From Thermoanaerobaculia bacterium (GTDB lineage Bacteria; Acidobacteriota; Thermoanaerobaculia; Multivoradales; JAHEKO01), in contig JBFGCA010000004.1 in NCBI GenBank assembly GCA_041567315.1, forward strand, positions 20,922 through 84,921: DNA of 64,000 nt, in the 5' to 3' direction. Shown here piece after piece: positions 9,791 through 18,435 of the stretch. The translations under genes were made by a program, and so were the position numbers. Position 1 is the stretch's first letter. Each line of letters begins with the position of its first letter. Below the pieces are notes generated by a model. That model saw only the letters and a list, made by a program, of their open reading frames with translations. It did not search any database and was not told the origin of the DNA.

Positions 9791-11224
9791 TCAGGGTTCT
9801 GGCGGCCCCGAGCCGGCCGCGGCCCGGTCGTCGAGCTCTACCCGGATCTGCCGCCAGTGCCCCTGGCGGAAGCGCAGCACCGAGAGCAGACTGCGGCTGG
9901 CGTGACCCAGCACGATGGCGCGCCAGATGTCGGCCGGCTCGAGACCGCGGATGAGGTCGAGGACCGCGCACAGCCCCAACGGCAGGGCGAGCTGCGAGAT
10001 CAGGCTGATCCACAGCGGGCTGCGGGTGTCGCCGGTGCCCTGCAGGGCGCCGGTGTAGCTCAGCGCCAGCACCAGCAGCACCGCCGACAGACTGAGGTGG
10101 GCCAGCAGCTGGCTGCCGAGCGCCACCACCGCCGGGTCCTCGACCCCGAACAGCGCGAACAGCGGCCCGGGAAAGGCGAGGAAGATCAGCCCCACCGGCA
10201 CCGTGATCGCCAGCCCCAGGGTGCCGGTGGCCCGCGGGGTGATCGCCGAGCGCTCCGGCTGGCCGGCTCCGAGGTTCTGCCCGGCGACGGTGGCGGCAGC
10301 CGACATCATGGCGATGCCGGTCCAGGTGACCAGCGAGAAGAGCTGCATGTAGCCGAGGGCGTAGGCGGCCTGGGCCTCGGCGCTCTGACGCAGCGAGCCC
10401 ACGAAACGCACCAGCAGCACCCCGCCCAGGTTCATGGCGATCCCCTGGAAGCCGGTGGGCAGCCCGAAGCGGAAAAGCTGGCCGATGATCTTCCAGTCGG
10501 GGGCCAACCCCATGCCGCGGGTGAAGTGGACCACCAGCCGGCCCGAGGCGAGCAGGCGGAAGGCGTAGAGGCTGACCACGGCCCCGGCCAGCGCGGTGCC
10601 CATCGCCGCTCCTTTGGTCCCGAAGCCGGGGATCGGTCCCAGCCCGCGGATCAGCACCACGTTGCCGACCAGGTTGAGGACGGTGAGCGCCACCCCCAGC
10701 CGCAGCGGCGTGCGGGCGTCGCCGGCCGCCCGCAGGGCGCCGCCCAGCATGAAGAAGTGCAGCATGCCGATGCTGAAGACGAACATGATCCGCAGGTAGG
10801 GGAGCGCCTCGGCCTGGACCGCCGGCGCGGCGCGCACGAAGTCGAGCAGCCGGGGGGCGGCGAGCCAGCCGATCGGCGCGAAGACCAGCAGGGCGAGGGC
10901 GGTCGAGGTCAGGAACGCCTGGTAGACCACCCGGTCGACGTCCTCCGCCCGCCCGGCGCCGGTGAAGCGGGCGACCAGCACCCCCATCCCCGAGTAGAGC
11001 GAGCTGACGAAGACCACCACCACCAGGAAGATCTGCCAGGAGACGCCGATGGCGGCGTTGCCGTCGTAGCCCACGAAGTGGCCGACCATCGCGTGGTCGA
11101 CGATCCCCTGCAGCCCGGCGATCGTGTTCTGCAGCAGGGTGGGCCAGGCGAGCTTCCAGACCGCGGCCGGGATCGGCCCCTCGACGATCGAGCGGTCGAA
11201 GCCGGTGCGTGTCCTGGCCGACAT
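9791..11224 (-). CDS. MATE family efflux transporter (NorM/DinF-like)
   Basis: 477 aa, 12 TM helices. N-terminal WKLAWPTLLQNTIAGLQGIVDHAMVGH motif typical of MATE. Confidence 0.85.
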   Translation of the reverse strand: MSARTRTGFDRSIVEGPIPAAVWKLAWPTLLQNTIAGLQGIVDHAMVGHFVGYDGNAAIGVSWQIFLVVVVFVSSLYSGMGVLVARFTGAGRAEDVDRVVYQAFLTSTALALLVFAPIGWLAAPRLLDFVRAAPAVQAEALPYLRIMFVFSIGMLHFFMLGGALRAAGDARTPLRLGVALTVLNLVGNVVLIRGLGPIPGFGTKGAAMGTALAGAVVSLYAFRLLASGRLVVHFTRGMGLAPDWKIIGQLFRFGLPTGFQGIAMNLGGVLLVRFVGSLRQSAEAQAAYALGYMQLFSLVTWTGIAMMSAAATVAGQNLGAGQPERSAITPRATGTLGLAITVPVGLIFLAFPGPLFALFGVEDPAVVALGSQLLAHLSLSAVLLVLALSYTGALQGTGDTRSPLWISLISQLALPLGLCAVLDLIRGLEPADIWRAIVLGHASRSLLSVLRFRQGHWRQIRVELDDRAAAGSGPPEP

Positions 11225-11294
11225 CCTGGGGTCCGCGGCCGGCGGGGCCCGGCGGCCGCCGGCGGCTGCCGCCGCCGGCCCTCAGCGCCGGCCT

Positions 11295-11978
11295 TCAGCC
11301 GGGGGCCGCGATCTCGTCCTCGTCGTAGTAGTCGACCTTGTGGAGCGGCATCACCACGCTGGAGACCACGTTGAGCAGGTGGCCGCCGATCCGCTTGTAA
11401 TAGCGGCAGCCGAGCACCACCACCGTGGTCAGGTCGGCGGCGTACCCCGAGCGGGCGATGCGCAGCAGCAGTCCGTCGCAGCGCTTGGCGGACTCCTTGC
11501 CGTGCCGGATCAGCCGGAGGGCGCGCTCGCGGTCGGAGCTGCGGAACACCTCGGCGGCGGCCTTGAAGCCCTCCTCGACGCCGGCCCGGATCTCCTTGAG
11601 CTCGCCGAGGATGTCGTCGTCGGGCAGCTCGCCTTCGTAGAGGTCGCACAGCTCGCCGAGGTTCTTGGCGTAGTCGCCGATCCGCTCGACGTCCTTGACC
11701 AGGCTCATGAGCAGCAGACAGTACGGCAGCCGCGGCGAGTTGGAGGCCACCGACAGATGGGTGACCACCGCCTTGCGGACCGCGCGCTCGAGCTTGTTGA
11801 CCTTGATGTCGCTGCGGTAGATCTGGCTGCGCTCGTCGGGCGGCGCCGCAGCGCCGTCGAAGAAGCGGCCCGAGATGATGGTCATTTCGTAGGTCAACCG
11901 CAGCATCTCGGCAAAACTCTCCGCCATCTGGCTGAGTGGGTTGCCGGGGCGGAAGATGTGGAGCAGCTCCTGGAGCAT
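11295..11978 (-). CDS. PhoU-domain protein (phosphate-transport-system regulator-like)
   Basis: 227 aa with two PhoU-like helical repeats (DVERIGDYAKNL). GGGAGAG ribosome-binding site. Immediately downstream of the Na/Pi cotransporter. Confidence 0.75.
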   Translation of the reverse strand: MLQELLHIFRPGNPLSQMAESFAEMLRLTYEMTIISGRFFDGAAAPPDERSQIYRSDIKVNKLERAVRKAVVTHLSVASNSPRLPYCLLLMSLVKDVERIGDYAKNLGELCDLYEGELPDDDILGELKEIRAGVEEGFKAAAEVFRSSDRERALRLIRHGKESAKRCDGLLLRIARSGYAADLTTVVVLGCRYYKRIGGHLLNVVSSVVMPLHKVDYYDEDEIAAPG

Positions 11979-11993
11979 GGTCGGCTCTCCCGA

Positions 11994-13172
11994 TCAGTCG
12001 AGCAGTCGGTTGAGAAAGGCGAAGAACGCCGGAATGCCGTAGAACAGCACCAGCACATAGAGCACCGCCCACCGCCGCTGCCGCACCGCCAGGGCGGCCA
12101 GCCAGCGGGCGGCCTTGAGCGGCAGGTTGCGGAGCGCCGGCAGCGGGTAGATGACCAGCGTCGCCGTCAGGTTGAACAGCAGGTGGACCAGGGCGATGGT
12201 CAGCCCGGCGCGGGCGTGGACGCCGGCGGTCCCCAGCGAGGCCAGCAGCGCGGTCACCGTGGTGCCGATGTTGGCGCCGACGGTGATCGGGAAGGCGGTC
12301 GCCAGCGACAGGATGCCGGCGCCCGCCATCGGCACCAGCAGCGAGGTGGTGATCGAGCTGGACTGCACCATGACGGTGATGATCGCCCCGACGATGATCG
12401 AGACCAGCGCGTTCTGCCCCAGGGCGCGGCTCAGATAGACCTCGACCCGTGACTGCATGAGCCGGCGCATCAATCGCACGATGACCGCCAGGGCGGCGAA
12501 GATGAGCAGCGCGCTGATCGCGATCAGCACCATGCCCTGGGCGCGGTCGGAGGCCGGGAAAAGACGCTCGGCCAGCGTCTTGGCCGGCGCCACGGCGCTC
12601 TTGAGCCAGGCCTTGAGCGGGCTCTCGTATTCGATCGCCGCCGCCCCCGGCAGCCGGTCGGCGAGCAGCGTCGCCAGCTGTCTCAGGAAGCCGGTCGCCA
12701 TCTCCAGGGGCAGCAGCGTCGCCACCGCGAAGAAGTTGAAGAAGTCGTGGCAGGTGGCCACCGCAAAGGCGCGCTGGAACTCGGCGGGGCGGCCCATGTG
12801 CCCCATCGACACCAGCGAGTTGGTCACCGTGGTGCCGATGTTGGCGCCCATGATCATCGGCACCGCATTGGCCACCGGCAGCGGGTTCTCGGGGGCGGCG
12901 ACCAGCCCGACGATCATCGCCGTGGTGACCGACGAGGACTGGACCAGGGTGGTCGTGAGGATGCCCACCATCAGCCCGATGAACGGACTCGAGGTGGCGG
13001 CGAAGAAGCTGTCCAGCAGCTCTTTGCCGAGCATCTTGAAGCCGTCGCCCAGCCCCTTGACGCCGGTCAGGAAGACGAACAGGAAGGCGACCACCGCCAC
13101 CGCGCGCAGCACGGTGACGAGGGTGCCGTTGTCCCACGCGGCCCAGGCGGTGCTCGGCGCCGTCTTCGAAAT
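11994..13172 (-). CDS. Na+/phosphate cotransporter family protein (NptA-like); start uncertain
   Basis: Two Na/Pi-cotransporter repeat units (LVQSSSVTTAMIVGLV...; MVQSSSITTSLLVPMA...). The ORF track extends it to 14006 by read-through. The best ribosome-binding site (AGGAGGGAG) precedes an in-frame ATT at about 13172. An alternative GTG lies about 60 nt downstream. Confidence 0.75.
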   Translation of the reverse strand: MSKTAPSTAWAAWDNGTLVTVLRAVAVVAFLFVFLTGVKGLGDGFKMLGKELLDSFFAATSSPFIGLMVGILTTTLVQSSSVTTAMIVGLVAAPENPLPVANAVPMIMGANIGTTVTNSLVSMGHMGRPAEFQRAFAVATCHDFFNFFAVATLLPLEMATGFLRQLATLLADRLPGAAAIEYESPLKAWLKSAVAPAKTLAERLFPASDRAQGMVLIAISALLIFAALAVIVRLMRRLMQSRVEVYLSRALGQNALVSIIVGAIITVMVQSSSITTSLLVPMAGAGILSLATAFPITVGANIGTTVTALLASLGTAGVHARAGLTIALVHLLFNLTATLVIYPLPALRNLPLKAARWLAALAVRQRRWAVLYVLVLFYGIPAFFAFLNRLLD

Positions 13173-13231
13173 GGCGCTCCCTCCTGCTGCGGGTCGGTGC
13201 CGGGCGCCGGCCCCGCCGCTCGCGCCTGGCA

Positions 13232-14188
13232 CTAGGATACCCGCTCCGCTGCCGCCGGGCTCGCGGGTGCTCCGAGTCCGGCGCCGGCGCCGGCCCGGCG
13301 TTCCGCCGTCGCGATCCGCCGCAGCAGGGCGTCGGCCAGCCGCCCGGCGGCGGCGGGGGCGTGCCGGAAGAACAGCGAGGGCTCGACCAGCTCGAGCTCG
13401 GTGAAGCGCGGTGCGCCGGCGTCGTCGCGAAGGAAGTCGGCTCTCGCGTAGAGCAGCGGACCGCTGCCGGTGACCTTCTCGGCCAGGGCCACGGCGCGCG
13501 CCGTGAGCTCCAGCTCGGCGGGCTCGGGAGCGACCGGCTCGTCGCTGGCCCCGAAATCGTCCTGCACCCGGTAGTCGCCGGGTGGCGGCAGTTTCCGGAC
13601 CGCGTGGCTGAAGCGGCCGTCTAGGAAGACCAGCGAGCGCTCGCCGGCGGTCTCGACGCTCGCCAGATAGGGCTGGAGCAGCGCGTCCTCCCGCGCCAGC
13701 AGCCGCTCCAGGTGTTGGCTGGCGGCGGCCAGCCCGGCGGCGTCGGCGTCGAAGCGCAGGGTCTCGCGCGAGGTGGCGCCGATCCGCGGCTTGATGAAGC
13801 CCCGCGACCAGCCCCGCTCGGCCATCCACCGGGCCAGCGGCGGCCGGCTGCCGCGGGCCAACCGGACGATCGGCACCACCGGCAGTCCGGCCTCGGCCAG
13901 CCGCTCGAGGTAGCGCTTGTCGGTGTTCCAGCGCACCACCGCCGCCGGGTTGAAGAGCCGGGTGAGCCCGGCGACCCGCTCGGCCCAGTCGACGTAGGCC
14001 TCCCACCGCTCCATGTAGTCCCAGGTGGTGCGGATCAGGCAGGCGTCGAAGGCCCCCCAGTCGACCGCGGGATCGTCCCAGGCCGGCTCGGCGACCTCCA
14101 CCCCGCGCCCGGCGAGCGCTGCCCGCAGCGGCCGATCGTCGACCTCCCAGGCCGGCAGGTCCGAGCAGGTGGCGAGGGCGATGCGCAT
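13232..14188 (-). CDS. ATP-grasp domain protein (RimK / glutathione-synthetase-like ligase)
   Basis: Internal ATG (MRIALATCSDLP) of ORF 13232..14833. ATP-grasp-like layout (pre-ATP-grasp N-domain, then ...GFIKPRIGATSRETLRF...). Confidence 0.7.
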   Translation of the reverse strand: MRIALATCSDLPAWEVDDRPLRAALAGRGVEVAEPAWDDPAVDWGAFDACLIRTTWDYMERWEAYVDWAERVAGLTRLFNPAAVVRWNTDKRYLERLAEAGLPVVPIVRLARGSRPPLARWMAERGWSRGFIKPRIGATSRETLRFDADAAGLAAASQHLERLLAREDALLQPYLASVETAGERSLVFLDGRFSHAVRKLPPPGDYRVQDDFGASDEPVAPEPAELELTARAVALAEKVTGSGPLLYARADFLRDDAGAPRFTELELVEPSLFFRHAPAAAGRLADALLRRIATAERRAGAGAGLGAPASPAAAERVS

Positions 14189-14333
14189 CGGAAGGTGGGA
14201 AACCGGCGACCCAACGACGGCCGGAAGCTTGTGTAGCATAGCCGGCGTAGCGATGGGCTGGTCAGAAGAGCTGGGTAGAGGGCCGGGGGAGCGACGTCGG
14301 CGTCGCGGCACGTCAGGCCGGCCCGGGTGGCTC

Positions 14334-14846
14334 GTGCTGACCGCCCTTCTGGGCTCCCTGCTACTTGCGGCGGGGCCGCGGGGCGAACGGCCCACTCGCC
14401 CGGCCCTCAACCGGCCCGGGGCGTCCAGTTTCGTCGTCGAGATCGACGGGATCGAAGCCGGCTCTTTCCGGACCGTCGAGGGCCTCGGAGCGCGGCTCGA
14501 CGTCGTGCCCTTCGCCGGTGGCGAGGACCTGTTGCTCGAGCGGCTGGGCGAGGCGCTTTTCGCCAGGGTGACCCTGGCAGCCGGCGCGCCGGGACCGCCG
14601 CTCGTCGAGTGGCAGCAGGAGGTGGCCGAAGGCGAAGCCGCGCCCCGTGACGTCGAGCTCGTCATGCGCCTCGAACGCGACACCGCCACCTGGCGCGCCG
14701 GTCCCGTCCCCTTCTGCCGCTGGAAGCTTCCGGCTGCCCGACTCGCCGCCCTCGAAGAGCAGCGGGTCGTCCTCGAAGGTGACGGCCAGACGCCGATCGA
14801 ATGGGCCGCCTGCCCCGGCGCCCTCTGGCCCAAGAACCGGATCTAG
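14334..14846 (+). CDS. Phage tail tube-like protein (T4 gp19 / PF06841 'conserved hypothetical phage tail region protein' family), orphan
   Basis: The translation carries the family signature SFVVEIDGIEAGSFRTVEGLG...ARVTLAAG...VELVMRLERDTATWRAGPVPFCRWKL. Probable GTG start within ORF 14025..14846. An unusual hydrophobic N-terminal segment (VLTALLGSLLLAAGP). Confidence 0.6.
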   Translation: MLTALLGSLLLAAGPRGERPTRPALNRPGASSFVVEIDGIEAGSFRTVEGLGARLDVVPFAGGEDLLLERLGEALFARVTLAAGAPGPPLVEWQQEVAEGEAAPRDVELVMRLERDTATWRAGPVPFCRWKLPAARLAALEEQRVVLEGDGQTPIEWAACPGALWPKNRI

Positions 14847-14855
14847 CGGCCCTTC

Positions 14856-17800
14856 CTAGCCCGTTGGCGGTTCGCCGGAGGGGACGATCACCGGCTGGGC
14901 GTCGGTGGCGCGGACGGCCTGGTTGAAGGCGTCGAGCTCAGTGGCGAAGACGGCGTCGAGGGCGGCGAGCTGGGCGTCGAGCTCGGCCTCGAGGTCGGCG
15001 TAGCGCCGGCGCGTGCCGTCGGTCGGCGGCGCCTCGGCGGCGCCGACGACGCCGAGCAGGGCGAGGAGCTGGTTGTCGAGCCTCGGCGGGAAGTTGAGCA
15101 CGTCCTGCGAGGACTCGGATCGGTTCTGGTGAAGGGCGTCTTCGATGGCGTCGAGCCGCGCGGTCACCGCGGCGGCGGCCGCGCGCACCGGGTCGGCGTC
15201 GGCGGCGGCGGCGGACGGGCCGCCGCCGACGGCCTGGCTGCCGTCGTTGCCGGCCCCGTCGCCGGCCCCGCGCTCGGCGAGGCGGCCGGTCAGGGCCTCG
15301 ACCTGCTGGCGCACGTCACGCAGGCGGCGCAGCGCCCGGTGGCTGGCCGAGAGGCTCGCCCAGATCTCGCGGGCGAGGGCGTACTGGGCCTCGTAGTCCG
15401 CGGGGCTGGTGGCCAGCCGGGGGTCGGCGCGCACTTCGACGCGGTGCCGCCGGCTGTAGTCGCCGGCGGTGAACGCCACCTCGTAGGTGCCGGGCGGCAC
15501 CACCGGACCACGCGCCGAGCCCCAGAGCACGGTGCCGTCGACGAGGTCGGCGTCGGCGAGGCGCAGGTCCCAGACGAAACGGTTGACGCCGCGCTCGGCG
15601 GGGAGCTTGCGGACCGGCAGCGCGTCGGGCGGCAGGAAGCGCTCCCAGGGGCTGGGGGCGCGGCGCTCCTCGCGGAGGCTCGAGAAGCTGCGCAGCACCT
15701 CGCCGGCGCCGCCGAGGATCTCGATCGAGACCTCGAGCTGGCCCTCGGCGGCCCGGGCCGCGGCCTCTTCGCCGAGCAGGTACTGCAGCACCACGCCGAC
15801 CGGCGGGTTCTTGCCGGACGGTTCGCTGCCGCCGAAGAAGCCGCCGCCCCCGAAGCGATGGGCGTCGCGCGGCTGGAACAGATGAACGGCGGCGGCCGCG
15901 GTCGCGTCGTCGAGCTGGCGCAGCGGCGAGAGGTCGTCGAAGATCCAGAACGAGCGCCCCTGGGTGGCGATCACCAGGTCGCCCTCGGCGATCGCAAGGT
16001 CGGTGATCGGGGTGGCCGGCAGGCCCAGCTCGAGGGGCTGCCAGCGGACACCGTCGTCGAACGAGACGTAGAGCCCGAACTCGGTGCCCGCGAAGAGCAG
16101 GCCCTTGCGGCCCGGGTCCTCGCGCACCACCCGCACGAAGTGACCGGCCGGGATGCCGTTGGCGCCGTCGGTCAGCAGCTGCCAGCGGGCGCCGTAGTCG
16201 TCGGTGCGGAAGACGTAGGGCCGGAAGTCGTCGAGCCGGTAGCGGGTCACCGCCAGCAGAGCACGGCCCGGGCCGTGCGGCGACAGCTCGATCGCGTTGA
16301 CCTGCGCCCACTCGGGCATCTGTTTGGGAGTCACGTCTTGCCAGGTGGTGCCGCCGTCGCGCGACAGATGGACCAGCCCGTCGTCCGAGCCCGCCCACAG
16401 CACGCCCGCCTCGCGCGGCGACTCCTCGAACGCGAAGACCGTGCCGTAGACCTCGACCCCGGTGTTGTCGAGGGTGATCGGCCCGCCGGCGTACTCCTGC
16501 TTGGCGGGATCCTTGCGGCTCAGATCGGGGCTGATGGCCTGCCAGCTCTGGCCCTCGTCGGTCGAGCGGTGGACGTACTGCGAGGCGTGGTAGAGCACGT
16601 TCGGATCGTGCGGCGAGATCCGCAGCGGCGCGTTCCACTGGAAGCGGTAGCGCAGGTCGGCCGCCGCCTGCCCGACCGCGAGCTGCGGGTAGACCATGAT
16701 CTCGCGCTCCTGGTCGGTGCGCCGGTCGTGGCGGCCGAGCTGGCCGCCGTAGCAGCCGGCGTAGGTGACGTCGGGATTCCGCGGGTCGACCGCCACGTGG
16801 CCGCTCTCGCAGCCGCCGATGACCCACCAGTGGTGGCGGGCGATCCCGCGGGCCGCCGTGCGGCTGGGGATCGACACGCAGCTGTTGTCCTGCTGGCAGC
16901 CGTAGAGGCGGTAGGGGAACTGCCCGTCGACGGTCAGCCGGTACATCTCGGCGGTGGGCTGGTTGTCCTGCGCCGACCAGGTGGCGCCGCCGTTGTAGCT
17001 GACGTTGGCGCCGCCGTCGTTGCCGTTGATCACGACCTGCGGATCGTCGGGGTGGATCCACAGGTCGTGATGGTCGCCGTGCGGGGCGCGCAGGTATTCG
17101 AAGCTCTTGCCGCCGTCGTGCGAGCGCCACAGCCCGACGTTGAGCACCCAGACGGTCTCGGCGTCCCGAGGGTCGGCGAAGACGTGGGTGTAGTACCAGG
17201 CGCGCTGCCGGAACTCGCGCTCGGCGTTGACCCGGCGGAAGCTCTTGCCGCCGTTGTCGGAGCGGTAGAGGCCGCCCTCCTCGGCCTCGATCAGCGCCCA
17301 CACCCGCTGCGGGCGGGCCGGCGACACCGCCACCCCGATCCGTCCCAGCTCGCCCTGGGGCAGACCGTCGGTGAGCCGCTCCCAGCTGTCGCCGCCGTCG
17401 GTCGAGCGCCACAGGGAGCTGCCCTCGCCGCCGCTGGTGAGCGTCCAGGGTTTGCGCTCCACCCGCCAGGTGGCGGCGTAGAGCACCCGCGGGTTGACCG
17501 GGTCGAGCGCGAGGTCGACGGCGCCGGCGCGATCGGACACGAAGAGCACCTTCTGCCAGCTCCGCCCGCCGTCGGTCGTGCGGAAGACCCCGCGCTCGTC
17601 GTTGGGTCCGAAGATGTGCCCCAGCGCCGCCACCCACGCCCGGTCGGGGTCGGTCGGGTGGACCCGGATGCGTCCGATCTGGCCGGCCTCGCGCAGCCCC
17701 GCGTGCTGCCAGCTCTGGCCGGCGTCGGTCGAGCGGTAGACCCCGTCGCCGGGCGAGACGTTGCCCCGCGGGCAGGCCGAGCCGGTGCCGGCCCAGACGA

Positions 17801-18122
17801 CATTCGAATCCGAAGGCGCCACCGCCACCGCCCCGATCGACCCCACCCCGAGCTGCCCGTCGGTGACGTTCTTCCAGCTCACTCCGCCGTCCTCGGTCTT
17901 CCACACTCCGCCGCCGGTCGAGCCCATGTAGAAGGTCTTCAGATCGCCGTGGACGCCGGTCACCGCCGTCACCCGGCCGCCGCGGTAGGGCCCCACCAGC
18001 CGCGCCTCCAGCTTCTCGAACAACTCCGGCTCGAACCGCGGCTCCGCCTCCGCGCCTGCGGCCGGCGTCATGACGACGGCTGCCGCGAGCGCACTCAGAC
18101 CGAAGACAAGACGCAATCTCAT
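14856..18122 (-). CDS. Secreted BNR/Asp-box repeat protein (sortilin/VPS10-like glycoside-hydrolase-like beta-propeller)
   Basis: About 1088 aa, beginning with signal peptide MRLRLVFGLSALAAAVVMTPAAG. Many S-x-D-x-G-x-T-W Asp-box repeats (STDGGVSWK, STDAGQSWQ, TTDGGRSWQ, STDGGDSWE, SDNGGKSF, SHDGGKSF, YNGGATWS, STDEGQSWQ, SRDGGTTWQ). Confidence 0.8.
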   Translation of the reverse strand: MRLRLVFGLSALAAAVVMTPAAGAEAEPRFEPELFEKLEARLVGPYRGGRVTAVTGVHGDLKTFYMGSTGGGVWKTEDGGVSWKNVTDGQLGVGSIGAVAVAPSDSNVVWAGTGSACPRGNVSPGDGVYRSTDAGQSWQHAGLREAGQIGRIRVHPTDPDRAWVAALGHIFGPNDERGVFRTTDGGRSWQKVLFVSDRAGAVDLALDPVNPRVLYAATWRVERKPWTLTSGGEGSSLWRSTDGGDSWERLTDGLPQGELGRIGVAVSPARPQRVWALIEAEEGGLYRSDNGGKSFRRVNAEREFRQRAWYYTHVFADPRDAETVWVLNVGLWRSHDGGKSFEYLRAPHGDHHDLWIHPDDPQVVINGNDGGANVSYNGGATWSAQDNQPTAEMYRLTVDGQFPYRLYGCQQDNSCVSIPSRTAARGIARHHWWVIGGCESGHVAVDPRNPDVTYAGCYGGQLGRHDRRTDQEREIMVYPQLAVGQAAADLRYRFQWNAPLRISPHDPNVLYHASQYVHRSTDEGQSWQAISPDLSRKDPAKQEYAGGPITLDNTGVEVYGTVFAFEESPREAGVLWAGSDDGLVHLSRDGGTTWQDVTPKQMPEWAQVNAIELSPHGPGRALLAVTRYRLDDFRPYVFRTDDYGARWQLLTDGANGIPAGHFVRVVREDPGRKGLLFAGTEFGLYVSFDDGVRWQPLELGLPATPITDLAIAEGDLVIATQGRSFWIFDDLSPLRQLDDATAAAAVHLFQPRDAHRFGGGGFFGGSEPSGKNPPVGVVLQYLLGEEAAARAAEGQLEVSIEILGGAGEVLRSFSSLREERRAPSPWERFLPPDALPVRKLPAERGVNRFVWDLRLADADLVDGTVLWGSARGPVVPPGTYEVAFTAGDYSRRHRVEVRADPRLATSPADYEAQYALAREIWASLSASHRALRRLRDVRQQVEALTGRLAERGAGDGAGNDGSQAVGGGPSAAAADADPVRAAAAAVTARLDAIEDALHQNRSESSQDVLNFPPRLDNQLLALLGVVGAAEAPPTDGTRRRYADLEAELDAQLAALDAVFATELDAFNQAVRATDAQPVIVPSGEPPTG

Positions 18123-18435
18123 CGAGACCTCCCGGGAGCGATAGGTTTGATCGAACGGCCGGCCAGCAGCCCTGCCTGCACGAGCGCCGCGGAGTATAGC
18201 GGTGCCCGCGACCCGACGGTGCCGAGCTGGGGGGTTCTGTGAGGTAAGTTCCAGTTGACGCGGCGGGCGGCGAAGGGCCGAGTGAGCAGGCGCGACGATC
18301 GCGGACGGCGGACGGTACGCTGACCAGAGAGCAAAGCCGCCCCGCGCGGCGCGGTCGCTCGGAAGGCCAAACCGCAGCGCCTCGCATTCTTCGGCCTCCC
18401 GAGGTTCCAGCCCGGCATCACGGACCGCGATCACG

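Noticed and set aside
17803-17811. tRNA T-loop-like motif ttcgaatcc.
   Set aside because: It lies inside the BNR-repeat protein CDS and has no acceptor or anticodon stem context. The CDS reads through it cleanly.
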